Assembly: GCA_965237985.1 (NCBI GenBank)
Contig: OZ250161.1
Location: 1,701,677-1,765,676 of the forward strand
DNA length: 64,000 bases
From: Candidatus Oxydemutatoraceae bacterium
GTDB taxonomy: Bacteria > Pseudomonadota > Gammaproteobacteria > Poriferisulfidales > Oxydemutatoraceae
Direction of reading: 5' to 3'
Under the pieces are notes generated by a model. It searched no databases, was not told where the DNA came from, and saw nothing but the letters and a program-made list of their open reading frames with translations. The position numbers and the translations under genes were made by a program. Each line of letters opens with the position of its first letter. The first letter of the stretch is position 1. This document shows, one piece after another, positions 22,201 through 31,960 of this stretch.

Positions 22201-22781
22201 TGTTTGTCGCCACTGACAACCCCCATTGCAGTGCTGTTCACGATGATTCCCTCGCGATTGTGTCCCACCAGGGAACCAACCAAGGATCTGCCGGCGACTT
22301 CTGAGTTCACCAGGATTATCTGTTGTAGTGAGCTTCCTTTTTCGATGCTGGAAAACAGGCCTACCCTGTCATCTTCACTGAAATCGATGAACAGGTTTCT
22401 GATCCGGTAGCCCTGCCCATCAAAGGAACCAAAGAAAGGCTCAATGGGGGTAAAGCCTTTCCCGTCATTCCAGTTGTGGGTCAGGGTTGCGTCAATGTGG
22501 TTTGTCAGTTTGTAATGAGCCCGGAGGCTTGAGCGCATTTCCTGTAACTGGCAGAGTGTGGCGACTTGGTAAGGATCGTTTTTACTGCCACTGCCTTGCC
22601 AGGTTATTCGTTCGGAGAAGGAAGCACTGCCGTGCTGCGGAGCAACCGGCTCGTAGTTCCGGTGACATCCATCCTGTGCGTGAAGGCCGCTCACCAGGCC
22701 AGAGCAGAAAAACAACAGCGCGGCTTGACGCCGCACTGTTGCTACCCACTTGTAGAAGTTTTCTTTATTATTATTATTCAT
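19266..22781 (-). CDS. Large secreted/surface protein with GLUG-type beta-helix repeats followed by FN3/Ig-like domains (1171 aa)
   Basis: Signal-peptide-like N-terminus (..LLFFCSGLVSGLHA), GSGSKNDPYQV..QLQ, FDGQGYRIRNL and many GGLVG.N...I..SYATG.VSG repeats. Beta-rich C-terminal half. Confidence 0.85.
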   Translation of the reverse strand: MNNNNKENFYKWVATVRRQAALLFFCSGLVSGLHAQDGCHRNYEPVAPQHGSASFSERITWQGSGSKNDPYQVATLCQLQEMRSSLRAHYKLTNHIDATLTHNWNDGKGFTPIEPFFGSFDGQGYRIRNLFIDFSEDDRVGLFSSIEKGSSLQQIILVNSEVAGRSLVGSLVGHNREGIIVNSTAMGVVSGDKQAGGLVGKNEGIISNSHSHVVVRTEKASAFMLGGFVGQNVNTIKNSSSSGQVSGNASRVGGFAGDNLGGHILGCYATGKVVSLSRQIGGLVGRNRQGTITRSYATGSVTGNGDAGGLVGANFGHISYSYATGAVRGNPRPGPVAASFNSFMGGHTGNNFGLITHSYATGPVSGSHNLGGFVGVNNGQIANSYATGRVSGNERVGGFVGVNFSNSTVTGSYASGFIQGNRWVGGFAGYNLWSISYSYSAGKVAGTVLAHDFAGTNIGDISTGDIRESFPRTLKQLQCPTKPDSKCEEAATYSGWSAESWHFGSARTLPVLTGLTRIPASPKGLVSRWEFSTKLKLEWQSSESLVDFHELEISGLVRNVTATSFEIRDEHLAWIQTEYQNGSTVSYSVRTKVMGVVSHPATGHFRLPNLPRALEIQIWEGVTETHVTLAAPKNDSYNQGAANGTNANLEHFLQIFQEGNLTPIAEWKVALGTPSVLDNQLPQITIKFPGLQSNSRHRVAITTSNDEGKTMTEYSFTTQPAADSPPLILSDGEAILRMVSGDRSSKTLTLRARADRRDFLEWWVPPNSGPQRGRICFLSGVDENACTSTGTGTLTTMVYQPKEEIRENDQFFVWVTGNYGTAKITVLVTPSEPPTISGGRERYLDIPTQDSRASLELLAGVQVPEDLDVLEWSAQRIAGTPEESTLNFLVNNQITTRATGASVQVQFTRPEGSKSTGGFTVSTRDPLGATAETRVIVRQVDAPPVISEISGNGVLETDKVTVHVAPESRAVTLRAVAQGGSPQSWVWTIVNPYSDYTVAHFMNGSSEESSDTVSGTSEVLVRYSRLSGEEIDGTGFLIKVAGEEGRGKTDQVFVRLQNSDAAPLFAHSTPLNKTISSHSQDLVVSLNTLLPRVGLTWSLIGGPTSGTSAKFLENHGAGQARLKLLVPRDLDEAMFMVRVAAGERSNDIMLTVERQKVVRLRLKVFLSGVVR

Positions 22782-23166
22782 GTTCCTACTCTTGTGGTAA
22801 AAACACTACGCTCAAAGCGTAATGACGTTAGGCATACTGCATTCACATGCACGCACTTAACGTTGCCAGTATCATGACTCCAAGGAAAGTCTGTCAATAG
22901 CTCCTTTGTGGTATTCATGGGGTTCTGCCGTGCTGGGAAGAAACTTGCTGGAATTGCCACAAAAACGTCTAAATTCATTTCCTGTCACTACCTCCGGCAA
23001 CCCAACTCGGAGCGCGCTGGCTGCGTGCTAAAATTGCTGCCATGGGGCCTCCCTGCAGTTCAGCATCGCTCAGTCTAGGAAAGCGGGTTCAGCTGCGTTT
23101 CTTGTGTCACGACTTTTCCCGCAAATAGTTTTCCCTGCGGGCAGTTTCTGAGTAGCTGGTACGGTC

Positions 23167-25341
23167 TTGCTTGAAGCACTGAATGATCAGCAGAAACGGG
23201 CGGTCACGGTTTCGCCTTCCCGCTCGGCTATGGTTTTTGCCGGTGCCGGCAGTGGCAAAACGCATGTGCTGGCACACCGCATTGCCTGGTTGTGTGAAAG
23301 CGAAAAATTCTCGCCGGGAGATTTGTTGGCGCTGACGTTCACGAACAAGGCCGCCCGCGAAATGCGCGCCCGGGTTGAGCACACCCTGGGGCGTAGCGTT
23401 CAGGATCTCTGGATTGGCACTTTTCATGGAATTTGTCATCGCCTGCTCAGGCGGCATCGGGAGGCCGTGGGTCTGGCAAATCATTTTCTGATTCTGGATG
23501 CCTCAGACCAGCAACAGTTTCTGCGTCGGACCATGGCAGGGTTGAGTGTGGATACGCAGCGCGATTACGTCAGGAAAGTGCAACATTTCATTAACGGTTG
23601 CAAAGAACAGGGGTGGCGGGCGAAGTCAGTGCCGCAGGAATATCTAAAGCGTAGTCAGGAATATTTGCGCATATATGTGGCCTACGAAAAAGGTTGTCGG
23701 CAGTCCAATCTCGTGGATTTTGCAGAACTGCTCTTGCGCAGTTATGAAATGTTCGCAGATTGCGAAGAGGTTTTACGCCGTTACCGCTCGCGTTTTCGTT
23801 GCCTGCTGGTCGACGAGTTTCAAGATACGAATCAGATGCAATACAAGTGGTTGTGCAGGCTTGCAGGCGAAGAGATCCCCTTGTTTGTAGTGGGGGACGA
23901 CGATCAATCGATCTATGGCTGGCGAGGGGCCGATGCCGAAATTTTCAACAAATTTCGCCGCCACTTCCAAGACGTGTGTGTGCTGAAGCTGGAGCAGAAC
24001 TATCGTTCTACGAAAACCATTCTGGGTGTGGCGAATCACTTGATTGAAAACAACCTGCGCCGGAATGAGAAAAAACTTTGGACCGACGGAGATAAAGGAG
24101 AACCGGTGGCGGTTTTTACTGCCCGTGACGAAGGAGAAGAAGCGGCTTTCGTGGTTTCGAAAGCCCAGGAATGGGTGGATTCAGGGCGAAAGTACTGCGA
24201 AGCCGCGGTATTGTATCGCTCCAATGCTCAATCTCGGGTGTTTGAATCGGAACTGCTCAAGCAAAGGATTCCGTATCGCGTTTATGGCGGGTTTCGATTT
24301 TTTGAGCGTTCCGTCATCAAGGATGCCCTTGCTTACTTGAGCTTGCTGTGCAACTTCGCTGGTGATCACTTTTTTGTCAGAATCATCAACACCCCGGCGC
24401 GTGGGATCGGGCCGCGCAAACTCAGTGATTTGCGTGCGGTTGCTGAAGAACGCGCCTGCAGTTATTGGGAGGCGCTGGAATTTTTAACGACGCAACCCAG
24501 CGAATCGAAATACAAGTCGCTCGGCAGCTTCCGTCGTCTGCTTATGGATTTGCGTGAGTCTATTCGAGAGCGACCGCTTGTCGAACAGGTCAAACTGGTG
24601 ATTGAGAACAGTGGCCTGCTGGCACATCATCGTGCTGATGCGTCCGAAGCGGGGAGGTCGAATGTGGAGTATTTGCAGGAATTGGTCAATGCCGCACAGC
24701 AGGCACAGGCCGAGGGTGATGTCTCTGAGGAAAACATGACTCCACTGGAGAGTTTTTTGGCGCAGGCGACTTTGGAGTCCGGCATCGCTCAGGATGCAGA
24801 ATATGAAGATTGTTTGAGTCTAATGACTTTGCATTCCGCCAAAGGTCTGGAGTTTCCTCTGGTGTTTCTGGTTGGAATGGAGGAAGACCTGTTCCCGCAC
24901 AAGCGCTCGCTTGGGGACCCCGGCGGCCTCGAAGAAGAGCGTCGTCTTTGCTACGTGGGAGTGACCCGGGCGAAGGAGCGTTTGTTTATGAGTTTCTGTG
25001 AAGAGCGCTATGTTTTTGGAACCAGGACTAAAAATCATCGTTCACGCTTCATTGCGGAAATCCCTGGTGAATCCATAAGCGATCTTTGCCCCGAGCGCCG
25101 ATATGCTCGGGTACCGGTTGTTGACAGCGGCAGATTTGAATCTGGTGAAACTTTTCATGTCGAGTTGCCCCCGCAGGCTGGCATGATGGTCCGCCATGCC
25201 CGTCTGGGAGATGGAAAGGTCACCGATTTTTCGGGCCGGGGCGAGAGTTTACGTGCTCTGGTGCGTTTTCAGGGTGGTTCGAGCAAATGGGTGTTGTGGA
25301 ACTACTCCGGCCTGGAAATGCTTGACCATGGGTCTGATTGA
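23167..25341 (+). CDS. uvrD: DNA helicase II (UvrD)
   Basis: AGAGSGKT, TFTNKAAREM, LVDEFQDTN, VGDDDQSIYGWRG, LEQNYRST, MTLHSAKGLEF and EERRLCYVGVTRA. Confidence 0.95.
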   Translation: MLEALNDQQKRAVTVSPSRSAMVFAGAGSGKTHVLAHRIAWLCESEKFSPGDLLALTFTNKAAREMRARVEHTLGRSVQDLWIGTFHGICHRLLRRHREAVGLANHFLILDASDQQQFLRRTMAGLSVDTQRDYVRKVQHFINGCKEQGWRAKSVPQEYLKRSQEYLRIYVAYEKGCRQSNLVDFAELLLRSYEMFADCEEVLRRYRSRFRCLLVDEFQDTNQMQYKWLCRLAGEEIPLFVVGDDDQSIYGWRGADAEIFNKFRRHFQDVCVLKLEQNYRSTKTILGVANHLIENNLRRNEKKLWTDGDKGEPVAVFTARDEGEEAAFVVSKAQEWVDSGRKYCEAAVLYRSNAQSRVFESELLKQRIPYRVYGGFRFFERSVIKDALAYLSLLCNFAGDHFFVRIINTPARGIGPRKLSDLRAVAEERACSYWEALEFLTTQPSESKYKSLGSFRRLLMDLRESIRERPLVEQVKLVIENSGLLAHHRADASEAGRSNVEYLQELVNAAQQAQAEGDVSEENMTPLESFLAQATLESGIAQDAEYEDCLSLMTLHSAKGLEFPLVFLVGMEEDLFPHKRSLGDPGGLEEERRLCYVGVTRAKERLFMSFCEERYVFGTRTKNHRSRFIAEIPGESISDLCPERRYARVPVVDSGRFESGETFHVELPPQAGMMVRHARLGDGKVTDFSGRGESLRALVRFQGGSSKWVLWNYSGLEMLDHGSD

Positions 25342-25353
25342 GTCAGGAATACC

Positions 25354-26463
25354 GTGAAAAGAAGAAAATTTTTAGCGACGTTGGGGGGTGGAACTTTGTT
25401 GGGGACTACGGTTGCCCGGCCACTGCACGCGGCATCAAAAAACGGTCGATCCCAGTCATGGAACTGGCGCATGGTGACCACTTGGCCAAAAAACTTTCCC
25501 GTGCTGGGTACCGGGGCAGAAGAACTGGCCAGACAGATCACGAGCATGTCAGGTGGTCGCCTGCGCGTGAAAGTCTACGCGGCTCGCGAATTGGTGCCTG
25601 CTTTTGGTGTATTTGACGCGGTCTCCGACGGTGTTGCACAGATGGGCCACGGCTCGGCGTATTACTGGAAAGGGAAAAACCCCGCTTTCCAGTTTTTTTC
25701 GACTGTCCCTTTCGGGATGAATGCCTTGGAAGCCAATTCCTGGCTACAGGAAGGCGGCGGTCTCGAATTGTGGAGGGAGGCTTACCGACCCTACGGTTTA
25801 ATCCCTCTGGTGGCGGGTAATACCTCCATGCAGATGGCGGGCTGGTTTAATCGCAAAATTGAATCCCTCGCGGATTTCAAAGGCCTCAAAATGCGCATAC
25901 CGGGCTTGGGCGGAGAAGTGTTGCGACGCTTGGGAGGCACACCGGTGAATTTACCGGGTGGCGAATTGCTGACAGCGATGCAAACCGGCGTCATAGACGC
26001 CACAGAGTGGATCAATCCACACAGCGACCTGGCTTTTGGTTTGTATAAAGTTGCGAAATACTATTACTACCCAGGCTGGCACGAACCGGGCACCGTGCTG
26101 GAGTGCATGGTGAATGCCGAGGCGTTTGCAAAACTTCCGGAAGACCTTCAGGCGATTGTGGAAAACGCCGCTTCGGCTGCATGCCTGAGAATGCTCAGCG
26201 AAAATGCCGCCCGTAATCGGGGTGCCCTGCAGTCCCTGGTGCAAAGGTACAAAGTGCAGTTGCTGCGTTTGCCGGACCCGGTATTGGCGCAGCTCGGAAA
26301 AGTTTCTCTTGCCGTTGTCGGCACGCTTGCCAAAGAAAATGATTTCGCCGGGCGTATTTATGATTCCTACCGGGAATTTCATCAAAGTGTGCTGGCATGG
26401 CATGAAATTTCGGAGCGTGCTTACTATGAAATGGAGGCTGGACTGGCGGAAAAGCTCCCCTGA
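25354..26463 (+). CDS. dctP: TRAP transporter substrate-binding protein DctP (TakP-like, Tat signal)
   Basis: MKRRKFL twin-arginine signal, WRMVTTWPKNFP, GLKMRIPGLGG and YYYPGWHEPG. Confidence 0.92.
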   Translation: MKRRKFLATLGGGTLLGTTVARPLHAASKNGRSQSWNWRMVTTWPKNFPVLGTGAEELARQITSMSGGRLRVKVYAARELVPAFGVFDAVSDGVAQMGHGSAYYWKGKNPAFQFFSTVPFGMNALEANSWLQEGGGLELWREAYRPYGLIPLVAGNTSMQMAGWFNRKIESLADFKGLKMRIPGLGGEVLRRLGGTPVNLPGGELLTAMQTGVIDATEWINPHSDLAFGLYKVAKYYYYPGWHEPGTVLECMVNAEAFAKLPEDLQAIVENAASAACLRMLSENAARNRGALQSLVQRYKVQLLRLPDPVLAQLGKVSLAVVGTLAKENDFAGRIYDSYREFHQSVLAWHEISERAYYEMEAGLAEKLP

Positions 26464-26486
26464 AGAGGGCTTGTGGAGAAACGCTT

Positions 26487-27857
26487 CTAAAAAAGGATCC
26501 CAGGCAGCCATGTTGCCAGTCCAGGCCAGGTGGCAAGCATGCCGATCATCGCCAGCTGCAATGCCACAAATGGAATGCTTCCCCGGTACAAGTCCTCGGT
26601 TCTGACGCTTGGTGGTGCCACGCCCCGTAAATAAAACAAGGCAAACCCGAAAGGCGGTGTCAAAAAAGAAGTCTGCAAATTCACTGCCATGAGGACGCCC
26701 AGCCATATCGGGTCGGCGCCCATCGAGATTAGTGTGGGTGCCACGATTGGAACCACGACCAATGTGATTTCAATGAAATCCAAAACAAAGCCCAGAACAA
26801 ACATCAACAGCATGACGAAAGCCAGTGCCGAAAAGTATCCTCCCGGAAGATTGGACAAATAGTCGCTGATGACTTCATCGCCGCCGAAGCCGCGAAATAC
26901 CAGGGAGAAAAAAGTAGCCCCGATCAAGATCATGAATACCATGCAGCTGGTCCGTGTGGCTTCGATGACAATTGCTTTCAGCAGTTCACGGGACAGTCGC
27001 CGTTGCAGCCAAGCCAGCAACAGAACGCCGGTGGCGCCGATTGACGCCGCTTCGGTAGGAGTTGCGACACCGAAAAATATGGAGCCCAGGACCAGGAGGA
27101 TCAGCCCCACAGGTGCGAACAAGGTTTTGAGAATTTCGGCTAAAGAGGGATGTTTCTGCTCGTCTGAATTCCTGGTTGCGCTTGACGGGAAAGCCTCCGG
27201 GTTCAGATGTGTGTAAAAAAACAGGTACACCAGATACAGGATCACCAGGCCCAATCCAGGGATGAGGGCACCGGCAAACAGGTCTGTAATGGAAACGGAT
27301 TCAGGAGAAAAAACCCCCTGTTCCAGTTGGGATTTCTGATAGGCGGAAGAAATAGCGTCGCCGAGCAAAATCAAAGCGATCGAAGGTGGGATGATCTGCC
27401 CCAGCGTTCCAGACGCGCACACTATCCCCGAAGCCAGGCTCGGCTTGTATCCCTGTTTCAGCATGACTGGCAGGGATAGCAGCCCCATGGTGACCACCGT
27501 GGCGCCGACGATACCGCTGCTGGCTGCCAGCAGCGCCCCGATCAGCACCACTGCAAACCCGAGGTTCCCCCTGTGGCCTGCGAACAGGGCGCTGGTTTTG
27601 GTTAAAAGGTTCTCGGCGATACGGCTTTTTTGTAATGTGACCCCCATGATGATGAACAAAGGGATCGCCAGCAAAGTCGTGTTGGTGATGATGCCGTAAA
27701 CCCGGCCATTGATTGCCGACATGATGGCAGCGTCAAAGTCTCCGCTGAGGATTCCGAAAAAAGCAAAAAGCAGAGAAGCGCCGGCCAAGGTAAATGCGAC
27801 CGGAAAGCCTAGTAGAAGCAGCAGGATGATGCCCGCGAACAGGGCGAGGGCAATCAA
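26487..27857 (-). CDS. dctM: TRAP transporter large permease DctM
   Basis: GFPVAFTL, LLAASSGIVGATVV, GTLGQIIPPSI, ATPTEAA and QTSFLTPPFGFALFYLRGVAP. Confidence 0.94.
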   Translation of the reverse strand: MIALALFAGIILLLLLGFPVAFTLAGASLLFAFFGILSGDFDAAIMSAINGRVYGIITNTTLLAIPLFIIMGVTLQKSRIAENLLTKTSALFAGHRGNLGFAVVLIGALLAASSGIVGATVVTMGLLSLPVMLKQGYKPSLASGIVCASGTLGQIIPPSIALILLGDAISSAYQKSQLEQGVFSPESVSITDLFAGALIPGLGLVILYLVYLFFYTHLNPEAFPSSATRNSDEQKHPSLAEILKTLFAPVGLILLVLGSIFFGVATPTEAASIGATGVLLLAWLQRRLSRELLKAIVIEATRTSCMVFMILIGATFFSLVFRGFGGDEVISDYLSNLPGGYFSALAFVMLLMFVLGFVLDFIEITLVVVPIVAPTLISMGADPIWLGVLMAVNLQTSFLTPPFGFALFYLRGVAPPSVRTEDLYRGSIPFVALQLAMIGMLATWPGLATWLPGILF

Positions 27858-28363
27858 CGGTTTTTAAGCAGTATGCCGGCGTTGCCTATGAATGTGGCCA
27901 GGCTTTGCAACAGCAGCAGGGCAGCCATGACCGGCAGCAGGGATTTTAATAAAAAAACCAGAGGAAGACCTCCAGCCTCGGGCGAACTTTCCAAAACACT
28001 CCAGGACCGTGCCACGTAGTTGAAACTTAAAACCAGTGTGGTGATGCAAAACGGCATCAGCAGGACCAGCAGGCCAAAACAATTGACCAGGGCTTTGTGT
28101 CGTGGGCGCATTTTTCGATAAAAAATGTCCACCCTGACATGGCGGTCTTCCTTCATCACGCCCGCCATGCACAAAGCCAGTATGGTGGCGTGCAGGTAGA
28201 TGGCCACTTCCTGCAAATCGATGCGGCCGTAGTCAAAAGCGTAGCGCAATACGGCGACCGCGAAAGTCAGGAAGGTCAGAGGCAGAATGAGCCAGGCGGC
28301 GAAGCTTTCAGTTCGACTGGTGAAAGCCTCCAGACCACTGCGAATCTTATTCAAGCTGTGCAT
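27854..28363 (-). CDS. dctQ: TRAP transporter small permease DctQ
   Basis: LRYAF, HVRVDIFY and four TM segments. Overlaps the dctM start; likely start is ATG 28363. Confidence 0.9.
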   Translation of the reverse strand: MHSLNKIRSGLEAFTSRTESFAAWLILPLTFLTFAVAVLRYAFDYGRIDLQEVAIYLHATILALCMAGVMKEDRHVRVDIFYRKMRPRHKALVNCFGLLVLLMPFCITTLVLSFNYVARSWSVLESSPEAGGLPLVFLLKSLLPVMAALLLLQSLATFIGNAGILLKNR

Positions 28364-28424
28364 CTTCGTCCCGCTGTCTGCTTCGCATTTGCGATTGGAT
28401 TTTCGGGTGCTCTGGTGACGACAA

Positions 28425-29167
28425 AAGCCGGGCGGGGAAGCTTTCTGGCGACTGAGCAATGCCTCCTGTCGTCCTGTCTATTTGCCCGATGTGCTTCCGT
28501 CATGTCTCCCGGCACGTGATTGCACTTTCGCGGGTTTTTTGGCGGCAGTCGGGAAACTCGGAAAAGTCACAGGAAAGATGAGCCGGGCGGGGAAGCTTTC
28601 CGGCGACTGAGCGATTCCTCCTGTCGTCCTGTCTATTTGCCCGATGTGCTTCCGTCATGTCTCCCGGCACGTGATTGCACTTTCGCGGGTTTTTTGGCGG
28701 CAGTCAGGAAACTCGGAAAAGTCACAGGAAAGATGAGCCGCGCGGGGAAGTTTTCTGGCGACTGAGCGATGTTTCCAGTTCGGTGTGTCCTGTCTATTTA
28801 CCCGATGTGCTTCCGTCATGTCCCCCGCCTCGTGATTGCACTTTCGCGGGTTTTTTGGCGGCAGTCAGGAAACTCGGAAAAGTCACAGGAAAGGTGAGCC
28901 GCGCGGGGAAGTTTTCCGACGACTGCGCGATGCCTCCTGTCGTCCTGTCTATTTACCCGATGTGCTTCCGTCATGTCCCCCGCCTCGTGATTGCACTTTC
29001 GCGGGTTTTTTGGCGGCAGTCAGGAAACTCGGAAAAGTCACAGGAAAGGTGAGCCAAGCGGGGAAGTTTTCTGGCGACTGAGCGATGTTTCCAGTTCGGT
29101 GTGTCTTGTCTATTTGCCCGATGTGCTTCCGTCATGTCCCTCGCCTCGTGATTGCACTTTCGCGGGT
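28425..29167. repeat. Tandem array of about 4.7 copies of a 155-161 bp unit between dctQ and thrB
   Basis: The agcc..gcggggaag motif recurs at about 28426, 28581, 28736, 28897 and 29052. Two alternating internal variants (gcctcctgtcgtcctg vs gtttccagttcggtgtgtc). Confidence 0.93.
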
Positions 29168-30105
29168 TCCGGAACAGCTGCGGCACAGTTTCTGTGAAAT
29201 CGCAAAATATTTTTGAAGTAATCGGGATTTTTTATTTGTGTCAACTGCCCCGACAGGGGGAACAATTTGCTTTTTAGGCGCGAGATCCAGAAGCGCAGAG
29301 CGGCGCGGCGCAATGCGTCCCGCCAGACACATTCTTCTCCAGCATCGAGCGTGCGTCTGGCACAGTAGCTTTGCATCATGGCATGGAGCCGCTGTTTTTC
29401 CAGTTCGCCACGGGCGTTGAAACACCAGGCATTGATAGTGACCGCAAGGTCATAAATCAGCGCGTCATCACCGGCAAAATAGAAATCCAGTATGCCGGTC
29501 AGCATGCGACCGGAAAACAGCACATTGTCTGGGAACAGGTCCGCGTGAATGGTTCCTTGCGGCAACATGCCCAAAGATAATGTTTGCTGATGGAGCAGTT
29601 CACTGAGCAACAGTGTGCTGTCTTCGGGTGGTAACAAAGGCAGGAGCCGGTTCCCGTTTTTTATGCACCAGGCGAGCCCGCGAACGTTTTCGCGCCGATC
29701 CATAAAACTTTTCATGGCCATGTGCATCGCTGCGAGCGCGTCACCCACCAGGCGGCAGTGTGAGACGGTCGGGGTGCTGGCAGTACAGCCGGCGAGGTGC
29801 GCCACCAGAACCGCAGGCTTTCCGCGTAACTCTTGCAGGTAGTAGCCGTCCACATTGGCAACCGGGTTCGGTGCCGGCAAACCTGCACGCGCGACATGCG
29901 CCATGAGCGCCAGGTAGTAGGGCAGTTCGCGGTGTGCCAACCACTCGAACAGGGTCAGCACGTACCGCCCGTTGCTGGTATCCACGTAGTAGTTGGTGTT
30001 CACCACACCCTCGCTGATGCCTCGCAGGCTGACCAGCTTCCCAACGGCGTAACGGTCGAGGTATTTCTCAACCTGAGTTTCAGTGAGGTGGGTGTATACA
30101 GACAC
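29110..30105 (-). CDS. thrB: Homoserine kinase type II (APH-like fold)
   Basis: SVYT.L, GISEGVVNTNY, YVLTLFE, IHADLFPDNVLF, DFYFA and AALRFWISRL. Likely GTG start at 30105. The stop codon lies inside the repeat array. Confidence 0.92.
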   Translation of the reverse strand: MSVYTHLTETQVEKYLDRYAVGKLVSLRGISEGVVNTNYYVDTSNGRYVLTLFEWLAHRELPYYLALMAHVARAGLPAPNPVANVDGYYLQELRGKPAVLVAHLAGCTASTPTVSHCRLVGDALAAMHMAMKSFMDRRENVRGLAWCIKNGNRLLPLLPPEDSTLLLSELLHQQTLSLGMLPQGTIHADLFPDNVLFSGRMLTGILDFYFAGDDALIYDLAVTINAWCFNARGELEKQRLHAMMQSYCARRTLDAGEECVWRDALRRAALRFWISRLKSKLFPLSGQLTQIKNPDYFKNILRFHRNCAAAVPEPAKVQSRGEGHDGSTSGK

Positions 30106-30392
30106 AAGCAATCCTGTGAGCGTAATATATCAAAGTAATGGCAACTCCGGCACCCGGATTTTGTGCGACCTGTGAGCAACATGCACAGGTTTGCTGCGAA
30201 GCCAGCGGTTGCCGTGTCCAAATTTTTCTTCATGAGGCTGAGGAATGGTTCTGAAGGGCTGACCTTCGTTCCTCGGTAAAGGGTCAGCCAGATCTCGGAC
30301 GACCCGCAGGACTGAGTCATCAATGGCCGCCAAGCGCGGGGAACTTCGATAAAAGCATAACCCTCGACGTAACAAGTGCTGAATTCTATGCC

Positions 30393-31547
30393 TTGTCCGA
30401 TGAAAAGAAGGTTGCTCACACATTGTCAATCGTCCAGCAGCAGCTGCCCGAAAGGCACCTGCTTTCGCCAGCAGAGTCGCTGAATGCGTTGACTGTTGGT
30501 GCCCTGCATGCCGACAAATCCGTTGACTATTCCTTGGGAGATCGTGTGGATCTGTTGCCGAACAACGCACTGTTCAGCCCTGTTTCGCGCTTTGGTTATG
30601 GCTTCCGGCGTTCGGTTAAACCTGAGATTTTGTTTCCGGGTGGCCTCCAGCTATACAAGAAACCATCTACGGACGGCGCGCTTCGTTTTGAACTTTCTCC
30701 TTACAACAGAGCGCCCGGACAGAAAGTTGCCCAAGACAGTGGGAATGAAGGGGAACTTGAAAATTCAGGCTACACCTGCGGTACCAGCAATGCCGCGGCG
30801 CTGGCGACGCACAATGCCGCCAGGATTTATGAGGTGTTGACACAATTGTCGACAGAAGACGGCGAGAAAATTAAGGATGATCTGATGGCAGTGTTCATAA
30901 AAACCCTGCTGGTCCATGGTGCACAGCAGGGCACTCAAGCTCAGGGTGCTCTCGCTACACTGAAAACCTCAAAGAACGGGCGCCGATTCAAGGAGGTCAT
31001 CGCGCGGTATATCGGCTATGGTTCGGTAAATGCCGAACGTGTTCTGGCTTGTACCGAACAGCGCGGCACGGTCTTGGGGGGTGGTGAAATTGGAGATGCG
31101 AAGATTCATGAATATGATTTTCCGCTGCCACCAGGTTTGTCTGAAAGCCAAGAATGGCGCCGCATGGTGGTCACGCTGGCGTGGTTTTCCCCGATCAATC
31201 CGGGCCATCGTAATTTACGGGAGGCCAGGCTTGCCTGTGTTCCCACCGAAAAGTGGGGGCAAACGCCTTTGAAGCTGAAGAGAATGTCTTCAGACTTCAA
31301 TCAGGTGAGGCGTGGTACAGTGCAACACGAGATTCTGGAGGGAAAGAGTGAAGTGTCTCGCTATGAGAAAAACGGCAATATCAGTTTGCAGATCACATGC
31401 AACGCCGACGCAACCGAAAACTTGAGCGTCGGCATTCCCTATGGTCTGGCTGTCACGCTCGAAGTGGCAGAGAGTGTGAAAATCCCTGTTTATCAGCAAA
31501 TCCGTGCTGGAATCCGTGCTGGAATCCGTGCTGGAATCCGTGCCTGA
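30393..31547 (+). pseudogene. C-terminal fragment of an S8 (subtilase) peptidase, IetS-like
   Basis: LLSPAESLNALTVGA, SPVSRFG.G...VKPE..FPGG, GTSNAA (catalytic Ser) and RRGTVQHE. The N-terminal catalytic Asp and His regions are absent. Confidence 0.75.
31499..31544. repeat. 12-bp microsatellite (aatccgtgctgg) x~4 encoding IRAG repeats at the S8 fragment C-terminus
   Basis: Directly visible; the protein ends IRAGIRAGIRAGIRA. Confidence 0.9.
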
Positions 31548-31649
31548 TGAACTGTTGGGGTTGTTGCGAGACAACCGTAGATGTGTTGTCCGCTGACTTT
31601 TCCGATTTGTCGGACGCAGTCCCTTGGTCTTGTTGTGTGCTGGCTTCTG

Positions 31650-31960
31650 GATGACCGGACTTGGTCTGAACCGTGCGCAGACAAGTGCATTCCATTGCTG
31701 TTTGCGACCTTGGGGCGCGAGATGAAAAGATTTCGGGATGATGATTGATGTCGGCGCGACCGTGACGGGCAGGAGTTTGCCGAACGCATAGTGCCAGGAG
31801 TTGCATTTGTCGCAACAGGCGGGCGAAACCCTCTTCGACGGCTGCAGTTCGGCACGAATTATGATTTTGTTTTTGTCGACGAAGAGGGGGTTGCAGCGTA
31901 CACCCCCAAAATCACTTTTCGATTTTCTGAGCAGTTTTCGCCAGTGCAAAGAGGGTTGAT
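31650..31960 (-). mobile_element. Possible degenerate ISL3-family transposase N-terminal (zinc-finger) remnant
   Basis: Translation IIIRAELQPSKRVSPACCDKC...Y..GKLLP loosely resembles the zf-ISL3 region. No DDE domain or inverted repeats seen. Confidence 0.25.
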
